Positions 1-10,210 of a DNA stretch of 64,000 bases are shown here, in pieces. This DNA comes from Acidimicrobiia bacterium (lineage in GTDB: Bacteria; Actinomycetota; Acidimicrobiia; IMCC26256; PALSA-610): positions 15,528 through 79,527 of the forward strand of contig JBBREP010000004.1 in the NCBI GenBank assembly GCA_038202885.1, read 5' to 3'. The number at the start of each line of letters is the position of its first letter. The first letter of the stretch is position 1. The translations under genes were made by a program, and so were the position numbers. The notes beneath the pieces are model-generated. The model was not told the origin of the DNA, did not search any database, and was given only the letters and a program-made list of their open reading frames with translations.

Positions 1-175
1 CCGCCGACGGCACGACCGTCATCCCAAGCAATGTCACAAGCGCCGTGGCGCGCGCCATACCCACCGCCAGCGAGCGAGACCGCCGAACCTGTCCGTTGCG
101 CACTGGCCCTCCCAAGGCTGTCGACCGAGCGCACACTATTCGCCGACGATGCGTAGCGCACGCGAAGGCGCTGAC

Positions 176-1375
176 CTACGGGCGGCTGAACGCGGGGCTT
201 TGGTTCTGTGGCAGTTCGTGCAGCGGTGTCGCCAGTTCGGCGACGGTCGGTCCATGCGCGTCGGCGAGGGGCGCGAGCTTGTCGAGATCGAAGCCGTACA
301 CATTGGCCGCCGTCTCGGCGAGCACCATTTGCAGCTCCTCAGGCTTCCAGCCGACAAAGGTGCGCCGTAACGATTCGCGTGAGTGCGGTGAGCTTGCTTC
401 CATGTGCGGGTAGTCGCTGCCCCACATGATCCGGTCGATACCGACCTTGCGCATCGCGTCGGCGTCGCTCGGCGATGGGAAGGCAGCGCCGATGTAGACG
501 TTGCGACGGAAGTAGTCGCTCGGCTGCATGGGCAGGATGATCGACGGATCGACGCCCAGCTCGCCGATGCGCCCGTTCTGGCGCATCTCGGTGTTGAACC
601 GGTCCATGCTGGTCAGCACGCCTGGCACCCAGCCCGTTCCCTGCTCGGTGAGCACGAGTTGCAGGCCCGGGAAGCGTTCGAACACGCCGGAGAGGGTGAG
701 GTGCCACAGCGCCCGGTTCGCCCAGAAACCGGCCTCCATCACGAACATCAACACCGACGACGGTGCCTTGGGGAGTTTCGGCACACCCGTGCCGCCTGCG
801 TGATGGGTGACCGGGATGCCGCGCTCTTCGCAGAGCCGCCAAATCGGGTCGTACGTCGCGGAGAAGAGCGGTTCGATCCACGGCGTGTCGGGGGACACGC
901 CCGGAAGCAGTACCCCGCGCAAGCCGTGTTCCTGGCCCCAGACGATGTCCTGTAATGCCTCGCCGACATCGTTCAAGAAGATCTGTGTCTGGCCCGCGCG
1001 CCGATGCGGCGCTTCGGCGCAGAAGTCGGCGAGCCAGCGGTTGTGCGCCCGGATGCCGGCCAGGCGGGCGGGAAACTCCTCGGGGCTTGGTGCGGGCGCG
1101 ATCACCGACCCGGTCGGGAAGAACGGTGGGACCGTGTTCGGGAACAGCACCTCGGCAACGACGCCTTCGGCGTCCTGATCCGCAATGCGCCGCGCACCGT
1201 CCCAGTTACGGGTCCGCCCATCACCTTGGAGATCGCGGAACGGATTCGCGTACCGCGCGCGCCACGCGTCGAACTCGTCGCGCCATTGTGGATCGAGGTA
1301 CTCGCGGTACTGAGCGTGTGATGCCCCGGCGTGGCAGTCGGCCGAAATGACGGTGTAGTGATCGGTGGCATGCAT
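176..1375 (-). CDS. amidohydrolase-2 family metal-dependent hydrolase (ACMSD-like)
   Basis: ORF 176..1669 trimmed to the internal Met before 'MHATDHYTVISADCHAG'. Amidohydrolase-like His/Asp signature. The long Arg-rich N-terminal extension is implausible. Confidence 0.65.
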   Translation of the reverse strand: MHATDHYTVISADCHAGASHAQYREYLDPQWRDEFDAWRARYANPFRDLQGDGRTRNWDGARRIADQDAEGVVAEVLFPNTVPPFFPTGSVIAPAPSPEEFPARLAGIRAHNRWLADFCAEAPHRRAGQTQIFLNDVGEALQDIVWGQEHGLRGVLLPGVSPDTPWIEPLFSATYDPIWRLCEERGIPVTHHAGGTGVPKLPKAPSSVLMFVMEAGFWANRALWHLTLSGVFERFPGLQLVLTEQGTGWVPGVLTSMDRFNTEMRQNGRIGELGVDPSIILPMQPSDYFRRNVYIGAAFPSPSDADAMRKVGIDRIMWGSDYPHMEASSPHSRESLRRTFVGWKPEELQMVLAETAANVYGFDLDKLAPLADAHGPTVAELATPLHELPQNQSPAFSRP

Positions 1376-1392
1376 GTTCGTCTCCTGGCAGA

Positions 1393-2583
1393 TCAGGCGC
1401 GGACGCCGCGGCCGGTCCAGATCGTCTCGATCGAGGTTGGCGGCGTGTTGAAGGTCGGGAACTTCGGGACGGCTCGAGCCCGGAATGTGTCCGTCGAGAT
1501 CACCTCCGGCGACGGGTCGAACTCCGGGATCACGTGCTTGCCGAACAGCTCGATCATTTCGAGCGCCTCGTCGTGCGTGCCGTTGTTCGGGATGCCGAAG
1601 CACAGTTGATCGATGCCGATGTCGGTGTAGCCCTCGAGCTGCTCGCACACGTCTTCTGGTGTTCCGCACAGGAGGAACCCGGCCTTGATCAAGCCGTCGA
1701 TCTCATCATCGCGAATGCGATGTGGCGCGTTTGGCCATCCGGGCACGCCGGGGCGCGGCATCGTGTCGTGGTAGAGGCTCACCATCGTCGTGAGGTACCC
1801 GTGGTCCATCCGCGTGACCTGGTCGCGCGCCCGTTGACGATCGGCGGCGCAACTCACCGCGCTCGTCACCATGGCGTTGTCGTTCACGAACTGACCGACA
1901 GGGTCGGTGCACGCTGCGATGCCGGCCTTGTAGTCGGCGATGCGCGGCTCGAGTTCGCGTATCGACGAGAACGTGAAGCCGAGCGCGCCCTGCCCGAGCA
2001 GTCCGGCCTTGTTCCAGGTCGCGGGGCTCCCGACGGCGAGCCAGAACGGCGGATGACCGGGCCCGTACGGCTTCGGCAACACGTTGTGCGGCGTATCCAT
2101 CGAGAAGTGCTCGCCGTGGAACGTGTAGTCCTTCTGCTCCCACATCCGGTCGATCTCGCGTACGACCTCGTCGTATTCCGCGCGGGTCGACTCCTTGTCG
2201 GCGATGTTGAACGTGGCGACCTCGTGACTCCCCGCGCCGCGCCCGGTGCCGAACTCGAAACGCCGATTGGTCAGGTGGTCGAGCGTCGCGACCTTCTCGG
2301 CGACCTTCACCGGATGGTTCGCGCGCGGCGAAATGTTGAAGATGCCCGACCCGATGTGAATGCGCTCGGTGCACGCCGCGAGGTATCCCGCGTGCACCTC
2401 GTTGGCCGAGAGGTGCGAGTACTCCGTGAGACCGTGATGTTCGGTGAGCCACGCGAACTTCCAGCCGAAGCGATCCGCGGTCTGGACGAGTTCCATCTCG
2501 TGCAGCAGCGCAGCGTGTTCGTGTTCAGTGTCGTGCGCATTTGGCCCCGGGAGATAGCCCTGGACGAACACACCGAATTCCAT
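1393..2583 (-). CDS. LLM-class (luciferase-like) flavin/F420-dependent monooxygenase
   Basis: 396-aa protein with a typical bacterial luciferase-like TIM-barrel sequence ('FGVFVQGYLPG...', 'GTPEDVCEQLEGY'). Only 14 nt separate it from the upstream gene. Confidence 0.8.
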   Translation of the reverse strand: MEFGVFVQGYLPGPNAHDTEHEHAALLHEMELVQTADRFGWKFAWLTEHHGLTEYSHLSANEVHAGYLAACTERIHIGSGIFNISPRANHPVKVAEKVATLDHLTNRRFEFGTGRGAGSHEVATFNIADKESTRAEYDEVVREIDRMWEQKDYTFHGEHFSMDTPHNVLPKPYGPGHPPFWLAVGSPATWNKAGLLGQGALGFTFSSIRELEPRIADYKAGIAACTDPVGQFVNDNAMVTSAVSCAADRQRARDQVTRMDHGYLTTMVSLYHDTMPRPGVPGWPNAPHRIRDDEIDGLIKAGFLLCGTPEDVCEQLEGYTDIGIDQLCFGIPNNGTHDEALEMIELFGKHVIPEFDPSPEVISTDTFRARAVPKFPTFNTPPTSIETIWTGRGVRA

Positions 2584-2596
2584 TGTCGTCTGCCTT

Positions 2597-3844
2597 TCAG
2601 CGCACGGGAGTGAAGATGGTCGGGAGATGTTGGAGCGCGATCACGAGCGAATTCGGAGCGCGGGTTCTGCGGGCGTCGTCGGCGACCCGGATGTCGGGCA
2701 GGCGTCGGAACAATTCCGTGAACACCGTCTTGACCTCCGCGCGCGCGAGGTTCGCGCCGAGGCAGAAGTGGGTGCCGATACCGAACGCGAGGTGCGGGTT
2801 CGGGTCCCGATCGAGGATGAGCTCGTCTGGGCGTTCGAACATGTCGGCGTCGCGGTTCGCCGACTGGTAAAGCATCAGGATGCGGTCGCCGACCTTGAGC
2901 GGTTGCCCGCGATAGATGTGGTCCTTCGTGACCGTCCGGGTGAACGAGATCACGGGCGAGGTCCAGCGGATCAGCTCGTCGACGGCGAGGTCGACGAAGT
3001 GCTCGTCGTCAAGGTGCTCGACGAGACGTTGGCGTTCTTCGGGGAACGCGCTCAATGCGATCATCCCTCCGCTGATCGCATTGCGAGTGGTCTCGTTGCC
3101 GGCGATGACGAGCACGGTCAGGAACAGATTGAGTTCTTCGTCGCCCATCATGTCATTGGCCAGCGGAGCCCCCTGCAGGTCGGCGAAGCCATCCTGGCCA
3201 AGCTCGCCGGCATCGAACTTCTGGGTGAGCACCGAGATCAGATCGTCGGTTGGCGCACGGCGACGTTCTGCGATGAGTTCCGCGCACACGGTGCTGTACT
3301 CGACGAATGATTGGGCGGCGCGTTCGAGGACGGGATCGCCCGGCTCGGTATGACCGTCGCCCGCCATCATGTCGTCCGACCAGCGGTAGAGCTTCATGCG
3401 GGTGTCGGGATCGAGCCCGAGCAATTCGGCGATCACGATCAACGGCACGTGAATCGCGAGTTCTTCGACGAAGTCGATCTCGCCCCGCTCCTGGATCTCG
3501 TCGATGAGCGCATTGGCGAGCTCACGGATGTGGGGCACGAGTTCGCGCACGCGGCGCGGTGTGAAACCCCGATTGATGAGGCGGCGTTTGCGCGTGTGTT
3601 CGGGCTCGTCTTCGCAGATCAGCGACAGCGGCACGTCGAGCTTGGGGCGCACGCCGAGGCTGCTGCAGTAGAGCTCGGGCGCGCGCGAGATGTCGAACAC
3701 GTCCTCGTACTTGCTGACCACCCAGAGGTCGTTGTGCTCGTCTCGGTACAACGGCGCATTGGCGCGCAGCCAGCGATACATCTCCCACGGATCGTCGTAC
3801 ACAGCTGGATCGCAGAAGTCGAACGTGTCCTGAGTACCTGTCAC
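2597..3844 (-). CDS. cytochrome P450
   Basis: Heme-binding loop 'FGIGTHFCLGANLA' (FxxGxHxCxG), an 'ETTRN' EXXR-type motif, 415 aa. Confidence 0.9.
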   Translation of the reverse strand: MTGTQDTFDFCDPAVYDDPWEMYRWLRANAPLYRDEHNDLWVVSKYEDVFDISRAPELYCSSLGVRPKLDVPLSLICEDEPEHTRKRRLINRGFTPRRVRELVPHIRELANALIDEIQERGEIDFVEELAIHVPLIVIAELLGLDPDTRMKLYRWSDDMMAGDGHTEPGDPVLERAAQSFVEYSTVCAELIAERRRAPTDDLISVLTQKFDAGELGQDGFADLQGAPLANDMMGDEELNLFLTVLVIAGNETTRNAISGGMIALSAFPEERQRLVEHLDDEHFVDLAVDELIRWTSPVISFTRTVTKDHIYRGQPLKVGDRILMLYQSANRDADMFERPDELILDRDPNPHLAFGIGTHFCLGANLARAEVKTVFTELFRRLPDIRVADDARRTRAPNSLVIALQHLPTIFTPVR

Positions 3845-4015
3845 GCTCGCCGCTCCTCGGGTCTCCTGGAGATTTAGAACCTGTTATAAATTGTGATGCG
3901 CGGTGTGAACAGGGACCAAAGTCCCATCCGCGCCGCATCCGCTTCCCATCCGTCCGATGCGCGCACCGCGGCATCGACGCCCGCCGCCCGACGCCCGAGA
4001 TACGAGGAACAGCAG

Positions 4016-5086
4016 ATGACGGACGCGCCTGTGCTTGACGAACTGGGCTTCTACGTGCTGGCAGGACAACCGTCGTGCTCGCGCGATCTCATCGAAGAGG
4101 TGCGCGACGCGGAAGCGCTCGGCCTGGGCACTGCCTTCATCTCGGAGCGGTACAACAAAAAGGAAGCGGCGACGCTGTCGGGCGCGGCCGGTGCGGTGAG
4201 CGAACACATCCGGATCGAAACCGCGGCGACGAACCACAACACACGACACCCGATCGTCACCGCTGGCTACGCGCGCACCATGCAGAGCCTGACCAACGGA
4301 CGGTTCGTGTTGGGACTGGGCCGCGGCGTGCCGCTGCTCCAAGATGCGTTCGGGATCGGTCGCATCACCACAGCGCAGATCGAGGACTTCGTCGGGCTCA
4401 TGCGTCGCCTATTTCGCGGCGAAGTGATCTTCGGCCACGACGGACCGGCCGGAAAGTTCCCCGTGCTGCATCTCGACTCGGCACTCGACGAACACCTGCC
4501 GATGAGCCTTGTGGCGTTCGGGCCCAACTCGCTCGAACTCGCTGGTCGCTGCTTCGACGAGGTCATTTTGCACACCTACTTCACCGATGAGACCACGCAC
4601 CGTTGCGTGCAGACGGTGAAACGTGCGGCCGAGCGCGCTGGTCGTGACCCTGCGGCGGTACGCGTCTGGTCGTGCTTCGCCACGATCGGCGATCACCTTC
4701 CCGCCGAGACGCGCCTCATGAAATCCGTCGGGCGTCTGGCCACGTACCTCCAGGGTTACGGCGATCTCCTGGTCCGCACCAACGGTTGGGATCCCGAAGT
4801 GCTCCAGCGGTTCCTCGCCGATGACGTCGTCAGGAGCGTGCCGGGGCTCGATACCGTCGGGACCACCGCACAACTCGAGCACGTGGCAACGTTGATCCCC
4901 GAGCAGTGGTTCGCGGCGAGCGCAACGGGCAACCCGGCGCAGTGTGTGGCTTCTGTACGCCACCAGTTCGCGCTCGGGTGCGACGGCGTGATCCTGCACG
5001 GGTGCAGCCCCGACGAGCTACGCCCCATCATCACCGAGTACCAAGCCACCGCCCCAAGGTTTTCCTCTGCACCAGACGGCGTGTAG
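4016..5086 (+). CDS. LLM-class F420/flavin-dependent oxidoreductase
   Basis: ORF 3893..5086 trimmed to the ATG at 4016, which follows GAGGAA. Luciferase-like fold motifs. The stop TAG lies inside repeat copy A. Confidence 0.75.
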   Translation: MTDAPVLDELGFYVLAGQPSCSRDLIEEVRDAEALGLGTAFISERYNKKEAATLSGAAGAVSEHIRIETAATNHNTRHPIVTAGYARTMQSLTNGRFVLGLGRGVPLLQDAFGIGRITTAQIEDFVGLMRRLFRGEVIFGHDGPAGKFPVLHLDSALDEHLPMSLVAFGPNSLELAGRCFDEVILHTYFTDETTHRCVQTVKRAAERAGRDPAAVRVWSCFATIGDHLPAETRLMKSVGRLATYLQGYGDLLVRTNGWDPEVLQRFLADDVVRSVPGLDTVGTTAQLEHVATLIPEQWFAASATGNPAQCVASVRHQFALGCDGVILHGCSPDELRPIITEYQATAPRFSSAPDGV

Positions 5087-5110
5087 CGCCGTGAGGTGCA
5101 ATCAGACTGC
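5058..5110 (+). repeat. MIRU-like 55-nt intercistronic repeat, copy A (contains an imperfect hairpin and overlaps the upstream stop codon)
   Basis: Sequence ggttttcctctgcaccagacggcgtgtagcgccgtgaggtgcaatcagactgc. About 85% identical to copies at 33039..33092 (+) and 17308..17366 (-). Confidence 0.7.
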
Positions 5111-5192
5111 CCCCACTGGCCCTTTGCTGGCCCCGCTGGCCGGCATAGGACAGAGATGGAAGAATGCCTGCCGGCCGACACAGGAGGCGTAC

Positions 5193-6401
5193 GTGCGACG
5201 GATTGCAGGAGTGGCGACGGCCGGGCGGCGGCGTGGAATGGCGATCGCGTCGATCGGACTGGCTGCGATGTTCGGCACCGCGTGCTCGCCGCTGATGCTC
5301 GACGTGGGGGTGTTGTCGAGCGACGCGCTCGAGGGACGACCCAACGACACGCCGGCGTCGGTCACCGCGCAGGACTATCTCATCGCGCGGCTGACGGAAT
5401 TCGGCGCGGTTGGACTCGACACGACCAAGACGGGCGCCGCAGCATTTCGCCAGGCGTTTCCTGCGGGCACCAACGTCATCGGCATGATTCGCGGGAGCGT
5501 GCTCCCGAACGAATACGTCGTCGTCGGAGCGCATTACGACCACCTCGGATCGCAATGCGCGCACACTCGGCCCGGGGATCTCATCTGCAACGGCGCCACG
5601 GACAACGCGGCCGGCGTCGCCGCGGTGTTACAGGTCGGCCGCGTGATCGCGCACAGCGGCGTACCGAAGCGGTCGGTCGTGCTGGCGCTCTGGGACCGTG
5701 AAGAGGATGGCCTGCTCGGCTCCGCGTACTACGTGCAACACCCGATCGTTCCGCTTGATCACACCGTCGGCTACGTCAACTTCGACATCGCCGGCGCGAA
5801 CCTGCTCCCGTCATTGCGTAACACGAGCTTCGCGCTTGGTGCCGAAACCGGCGGCGCCCAGCTCAAGTCGATCGTCTCGAACGCAGTCGCGCAAGGGACC
5901 TTGCAGACGCGTCAGCTCAGTTACATCTTCGGCCAGGGCCGCAGCGATTACGTGAACTTCATCGCCGGAGGCATACCGACGGTGTTCTTCAGCGACTCGA
6001 CGGGGCCCTGCTACCACACCGTCGAAGACGAATTTGGCATCGTCGACTTCGCGAAGCTCCAACAACAGGCTGCGATTGCCGCGCGGGTGACGCGATCGTT
6101 GATCAACGGTCCGCGGATCACGTTCTCGGGCAACAATCCGCCCGCTACCTACGCGGATGCCGTCGGGCTCCTGGCGGTGGTGAACGGCGCTCTGCCGGAT
6201 CGCGGTCGCTTCACGCCTGAACAACAGACGCAGTTGCTGCAGTTCCGTAGCGATCTGAACCGTATCGTCGGCGACGGCAATGCTGCCTTTGGTGACGACG
6301 ATGCCGGCGTGGTGCTTGGTGGCGCGGCGGCCGCGGTCGGCATCCTCAGCAGCGGATCGTGCGACGGCTTCCTCGCACCGTCGTCGCGGCGCTACAAATA
6401 G
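5193..6401 (+). CDS. M28-family peptidase (aminopeptidase), secreted or lipoprotein
   Basis: 'GAHYDHLG', 'WDREEDGLLGSAYY' and 'NFDIAG' M28 zinc-peptidase motifs. GTG start at 5193 after AGGAGG (alternative ATG at 5238). Signal peptide 'MAIASIGLAAMFGTAC'. Confidence 0.75.
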   Translation: MRRIAGVATAGRRRGMAIASIGLAAMFGTACSPLMLDVGVLSSDALEGRPNDTPASVTAQDYLIARLTEFGAVGLDTTKTGAAAFRQAFPAGTNVIGMIRGSVLPNEYVVVGAHYDHLGSQCAHTRPGDLICNGATDNAAGVAAVLQVGRVIAHSGVPKRSVVLALWDREEDGLLGSAYYVQHPIVPLDHTVGYVNFDIAGANLLPSLRNTSFALGAETGGAQLKSIVSNAVAQGTLQTRQLSYIFGQGRSDYVNFIAGGIPTVFFSDSTGPCYHTVEDEFGIVDFAKLQQQAAIAARVTRSLINGPRITFSGNNPPATYADAVGLLAVVNGALPDRGRFTPEQQTQLLQFRSDLNRIVGDGNAAFGDDDAGVVLGGAAAAVGILSSGSCDGFLAPSSRRYK

Positions 6402-6434
6402 CCGAGGTGGCGGCGAAGCGATCGCTTCGTGCCG

Positions 6435-6908
6435 CTACGAGTCGATCGACTCCCGCACCTTCGCCGCGACCTTCTCGACGCGGGGCGTCACGGCGTCCTG
6501 TGTGGCGCGAGTCGCTTTCTTTGCCGCCTTACGCGCCTTGCGGCCCGCCTTGCGACTGTGCTTGACGGCGTCGTTCGTGGCACTGCGGACTGCGTCGGCG
6601 CCACCGCGGACGATCGGCTCGGAGCCCGAGATCAGCTCGCCGAGGTGCTGGCGGCGGCGACGGCGATTGCGACGCTTCACCTTCTCGAGCTGATGCGCGG
6701 TACGAGCTGACTCGCTGCTGGCGTGGTGCACACGCCGTTCTGCCGAAGCGATCCGCGACTCCGCTGCCTCGCGCGCAGTGTGCTCGCGCTCAAGCGCCCG
6801 TTCGGCGTCTCGTTGCGAACGAGTGGCGCGGGCCAGCTTCTCCTTCTTGCTACGGAACGACACTGTGCCCAGCGTTGCAATCGAGAGTGTCTTTCTGACC
6901 ATGCCCAT
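6435..6908 (-). CDS. hypothetical Lys/Arg-rich coiled-coil protein
   Basis: 157 aa, strongly basic, heptad-like 'ERALEREHTAREAAESRIASAERR', C-terminal 'KAGRKARKAAKKATRA'. No recognisable family. Confidence 0.4.
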   Translation of the reverse strand: MGMVRKTLSIATLGTVSFRSKKEKLARATRSQRDAERALEREHTAREAAESRIASAERRVHHASSESARTAHQLEKVKRRNRRRRRQHLGELISGSEPIVRGGADAVRSATNDAVKHSRKAGRKARKAAKKATRATQDAVTPRVEKVAAKVRESIDS

Positions 6909-7022
6909 CCGCCGTGACCTCCTGGTCGAGTGAATCGCGATGCGATATGCAGTTACATACCCACCGACGGCCGATTCGACACCCTGGAGCGGGTCGTACC
7001 GTGCCGTCTACGGCCGGTCACC

Positions 7023-7498
7023 TCAGTCGGGGAGCATCGGCATCGGTACACCTTGATCGCGATCGAGCATCACGGCGCGGGTGACTGCGCTCGAACCGAA
7101 GCGGTCGCGCACGTCATCGAGGGCCATATCGAGCACAGCGCGACGTGGCTCGAACGGCAGTGCGAGCTGCACGGATCGACTGTCGGTGAGGTGTGCGACC
7201 GACACGCCGACGAGCGTGAGGCCGCGCTGCTCGATCATTGGCAACACGGCGGAAAGGAGCGCTCTGGCCGCTGCGAGGATGGCGTCGGTGGCCGCGGTGG
7301 CATGCGGAAGCGTGTGCGAACGCGTGGCGCGCGTGTAGTCGTCGAAGCGGAGGCGCAACACGACGGTGCGACCAACCCGTGCGGCCACGCGCATACGTCG
7401 TGTCACGCGATCGACGATCTCGACCACGACGGTGTCGATGTCGCTCGAGGAGCGTCGGCGTCGACCGAGCGCACGCTGTGAACCGATCGAAGCACGCC
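7023..7498 (-). pseudogene. dinB: DNA polymerase IV (DinB) remnant: only the C-terminal little-finger domain is present
   Basis: 'GRTVVLRLRFDDYTRATRSHTLPHATAATDAILAAARALLSAV...GLTLVGVSVAHL...QLALPF' matches the Y-family polymerase C-terminal region. The frame is closed by a stop at ~7499-7501 and there is no room for a catalytic domain upstream. Confidence 0.5.
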
Positions 7499-7616
7499 GT
7501 CACGATCGGCGAACACCGCGAACACGGCCGTTTGGTCATCTACCGGTCGTATGTGCCGCTGGCGCGGCAAACGGTCGGGGTGCGGGCGCCGGGCCCCACA
7601 CGTAGGGTGCCCGCCA

Positions 7617-8065
7617 TGCATGGTTCTGTCACGCTGCACATGGCCGCTCCTGCCGGACGGATCTTCGACTTGGTGAGCGACGTCACCAAGATCGGTCGCT
7701 ACAGCCCTGAAACCTTCGAGGGCGAATGGCTTGAAGGTGCGACTGGCCCTGCGGTTGGCGCCAAGTTCCGCGGGCACGTCAAGCGCAACGGCAAGGGACC
7801 GACCTACTGGACGACCTGCACGGTGCTCGAGTGCGAGCCGGGACGTGAGTTCGCCTTCGGCGTGGGGCCGAGTGACAAACCGTTGAACGTGTGGCGCTAT
7901 CGGTTGGAACCTGCCGGTGACGGCACCGACGTGACCGAGTCGTTCGCGTTGACACCGACGCCATGGCTGCGGCTGTATTGGGCGCTGCTCGGCTGGGCGC
8001 GTGGTCGCACGAACTGCAGCGACATGCAGACAACACTCGAACGGATCAAGGCCGAGGTCGAGTAG
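7617..8065 (+). CDS. SRPBCC-family (polyketide cyclase/dehydrase-like) protein
   Basis: 149 aa starting 'MHGSVTLHMAAPAGRIFDLVSDVTKIGRYSPE', typical of Polyketide_cyc2/SRPBCC. Divergent from the MmyB-like regulator. Confidence 0.7.
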
Positions 8066-8900
8066 ACGGCGCTGACGCCAACAATCGTTGCGCACTGTCG
8101 TCGCCGGGAATCGGCAGGTGGACCACGATGCGCTGGTCGGGTTCGTCGACCGGCACGAGTTGCTGGGTCTCGAACTCCAGTGTTCCCGCGTGCGGGTGAT
8201 GAAACACGCGATGGTGGGTTTCGAACGCACCCACATCGTGACGGGGCCACCACTGCGCGAACTCGTCGCTCGACTGTTGGAGTCGGGCGACGAGACGCAC
8301 CACGGCAGGGTCATCGCGCCACGGCACGATTTCGGCCCTGAACTGCGACAGCACGCGGCGCGCCTCGCGCTCCCAATCGCCGATGAGTGCCCGCGCCGCT
8401 GGGTTGGCGAAGACGATCCACACGAGATTGCGTTCCTCGGCGTCGAGTTCGACAACCGGTGGAAACAGCAGCGCGAACGGTGCGTTCCACGCCAGGAGGT
8501 CCCAGCGCGCCCCAAGCACGTAGGCCGGCGCCGGGGCGAGCGCGTCGAGCATGCGCCGCACCGGATTGGATGCTGCATCGGCACCGGGCCGAAGCGGCCC
8601 GCGTTGTGGGTGGCCGGCGAGCGCGAACAGATGATCACGTTCCACGTCGTCGAGCCGCAGTGCCCGCGCGAGCGCGTCGAGCACTTCCGTGGAGGCCTTG
8701 ATCGGCCGGCCTTGTTCGAGCCACGTGTACCAACTCACCGATACATCAGCGAGCAGCGCCACTTCTTCGCGGCGTAATCCTTGGGTGCGGCGCCGTTGTC
8801 CCGGAGCCAACCCGACGTCGGCTGGTGTGAGCGCGCTGCGGCGCGCCCGGAGGAAGTCTGCAAGGTCGGCTCGGCGTTCGATCCTGCTATTCGAGCGCAT
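8046..8900 (-). CDS. MmyB-like XRE-family HTH transcriptional regulator
   Basis: N-terminal 'ADLADFLRARRSALTPADVGL...RREEVALLADVSVSWYTWLEQGR' HTH followed by an MmyB-like C-terminal domain. Confidence 0.8.
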   Translation of the reverse strand: MRSNSRIERRADLADFLRARRSALTPADVGLAPGQRRRTQGLRREEVALLADVSVSWYTWLEQGRPIKASTEVLDALARALRLDDVERDHLFALAGHPQRGPLRPGADAASNPVRRMLDALAPAPAYVLGARWDLLAWNAPFALLFPPVVELDAEERNLVWIVFANPAARALIGDWEREARRVLSQFRAEIVPWRDDPAVVRLVARLQQSSDEFAQWWPRHDVGAFETHHRVFHHPHAGTLEFETQQLVPVDEPDQRIVVHLPIPGDDSAQRLLASAPSTRPRP

Positions 8901-8982
8901 CGGCGGCCGTCAAGGGTGGTACTGCTACTCCCAGGTTCGGCTCGCTCTTGTCCTGGCGTGAGATCGACCGTTCAATGGTCCG

Positions 8983-10191
8983 ATGCGTTCTGACCCGATC
9001 GAGCTCGCTGCCCGAGCCGCGCGCATGCCGTCATCGACGATTCGCGACCTGCTCGCGGTCACCGAACAGCCTGGGATGCGGTCGCTCGCGGGCGGTTTGC
9101 CCGACCCCGCGGCCTTTCCGCGTGATCGCCTCGCCGCCGCGGCCGCAACTGTGCTCGGCTCCGACGGCGGCGTGACCGCACTGCAGTACGGCGCTACGGA
9201 TGGCCTCGTGCGCCTACGGACCTTGCTCGCACATGCGGCCGACCTCCACGGTCTGGGTCCGAGCAACCCCGAGGCCTTCGTCGTCACGACCGGGTCGCAG
9301 CAGGCGATCGATCTCATCGCCCGCGCGCTCGTGGATCCGGGCGACAGCGTCGTTGTCGACGATCCGTGTTACTTGGGTGCCCGACAAGCGCTTGTGGCCA
9401 TGGGCGCTGATCTCGTCGGCATCCCCGTCGATGACGACGGCATGCGTGTCGACGTGCTCGCCGACCGACTCCGCGCGCCCGCGTTCCGTCCCCGCGTCGT
9501 GTACACCGTCGCGAACTTCCAGAATCCGACCGGTGCCGTGCTCACGACCGAGCGGCGTGACGCGCTCGTCGAGCTCGCGCATCACTACGGCTTCGTGGTG
9601 GTCGACGATGATCCTTATCACGCGCTGTGGTTCGATGGACCGTCGCCAATCGCGTTGGGCGCGCTCGATGATGATCGGGTTGTGTCGCTCGGTTCGTGTT
9701 CGAAGGTGCTCGCGCCGGGTTTGCGCGTGGGATGGCTGCGCGCACCGTCGTGGTTGCGCGACACCCTGGTGCGCGTGAAGCAGGCCTGTGATCTGCACAC
9801 TTCGACGCTCGCACAGGCGATCGCGGCCGACGTCCTCGCCGATACTCCATTCATGACCGAGCACCTGTCTCGGTCGCGGTCCGCGTACGCGAGGAAGTCT
9901 CGTGTGCTCGCGGAGGCACTCCAAGGTTGTGGGTCGGGCCGCGCGCCACGCGGTGGCATGTTCTTGTGGCGTCACTTCCACGGTGCCGACACCGAAGCGC
10001 TACTCGCCGCGGCGATTGCCGATCAGGTGGCGTTCGTGCCCGGATCGGCATTCGCGGTTGACCGCTCGTGGACGGCGCACGCCCGTCTCTCGTTCGCGAC
10101 GCTCGACCGTGCTGGTCTGGTCGACGCCGCCGCGGTGCTGCGATCGCTCGTCGATCGCGGTGCTGCGCAGGTCGCCGCCACCCCGGCGTAG
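8983..10191 (+). CDS. PLP-dependent aminotransferase (class I/II, MocR/LysN-like catalytic domain)
   Basis: 'SCSKVLAPGLRVGW' PLP-lysine region, 402 aa, no HTH domain. Confidence 0.8.
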   Translation: MRSDPIELAARAARMPSSTIRDLLAVTEQPGMRSLAGGLPDPAAFPRDRLAAAAATVLGSDGGVTALQYGATDGLVRLRTLLAHAADLHGLGPSNPEAFVVTTGSQQAIDLIARALVDPGDSVVVDDPCYLGARQALVAMGADLVGIPVDDDGMRVDVLADRLRAPAFRPRVVYTVANFQNPTGAVLTTERRDALVELAHHYGFVVVDDDPYHALWFDGPSPIALGALDDDRVVSLGSCSKVLAPGLRVGWLRAPSWLRDTLVRVKQACDLHTSTLAQAIAADVLADTPFMTEHLSRSRSAYARKSRVLAEALQGCGSGRAPRGGMFLWRHFHGADTEALLAAAIADQVAFVPGSAFAVDRSWTAHARLSFATLDRAGLVDAAAVLRSLVDRGAAQVAATPA

Positions 10192-10210
10192 GCGATCTCG
10201 TCGGCGATCG

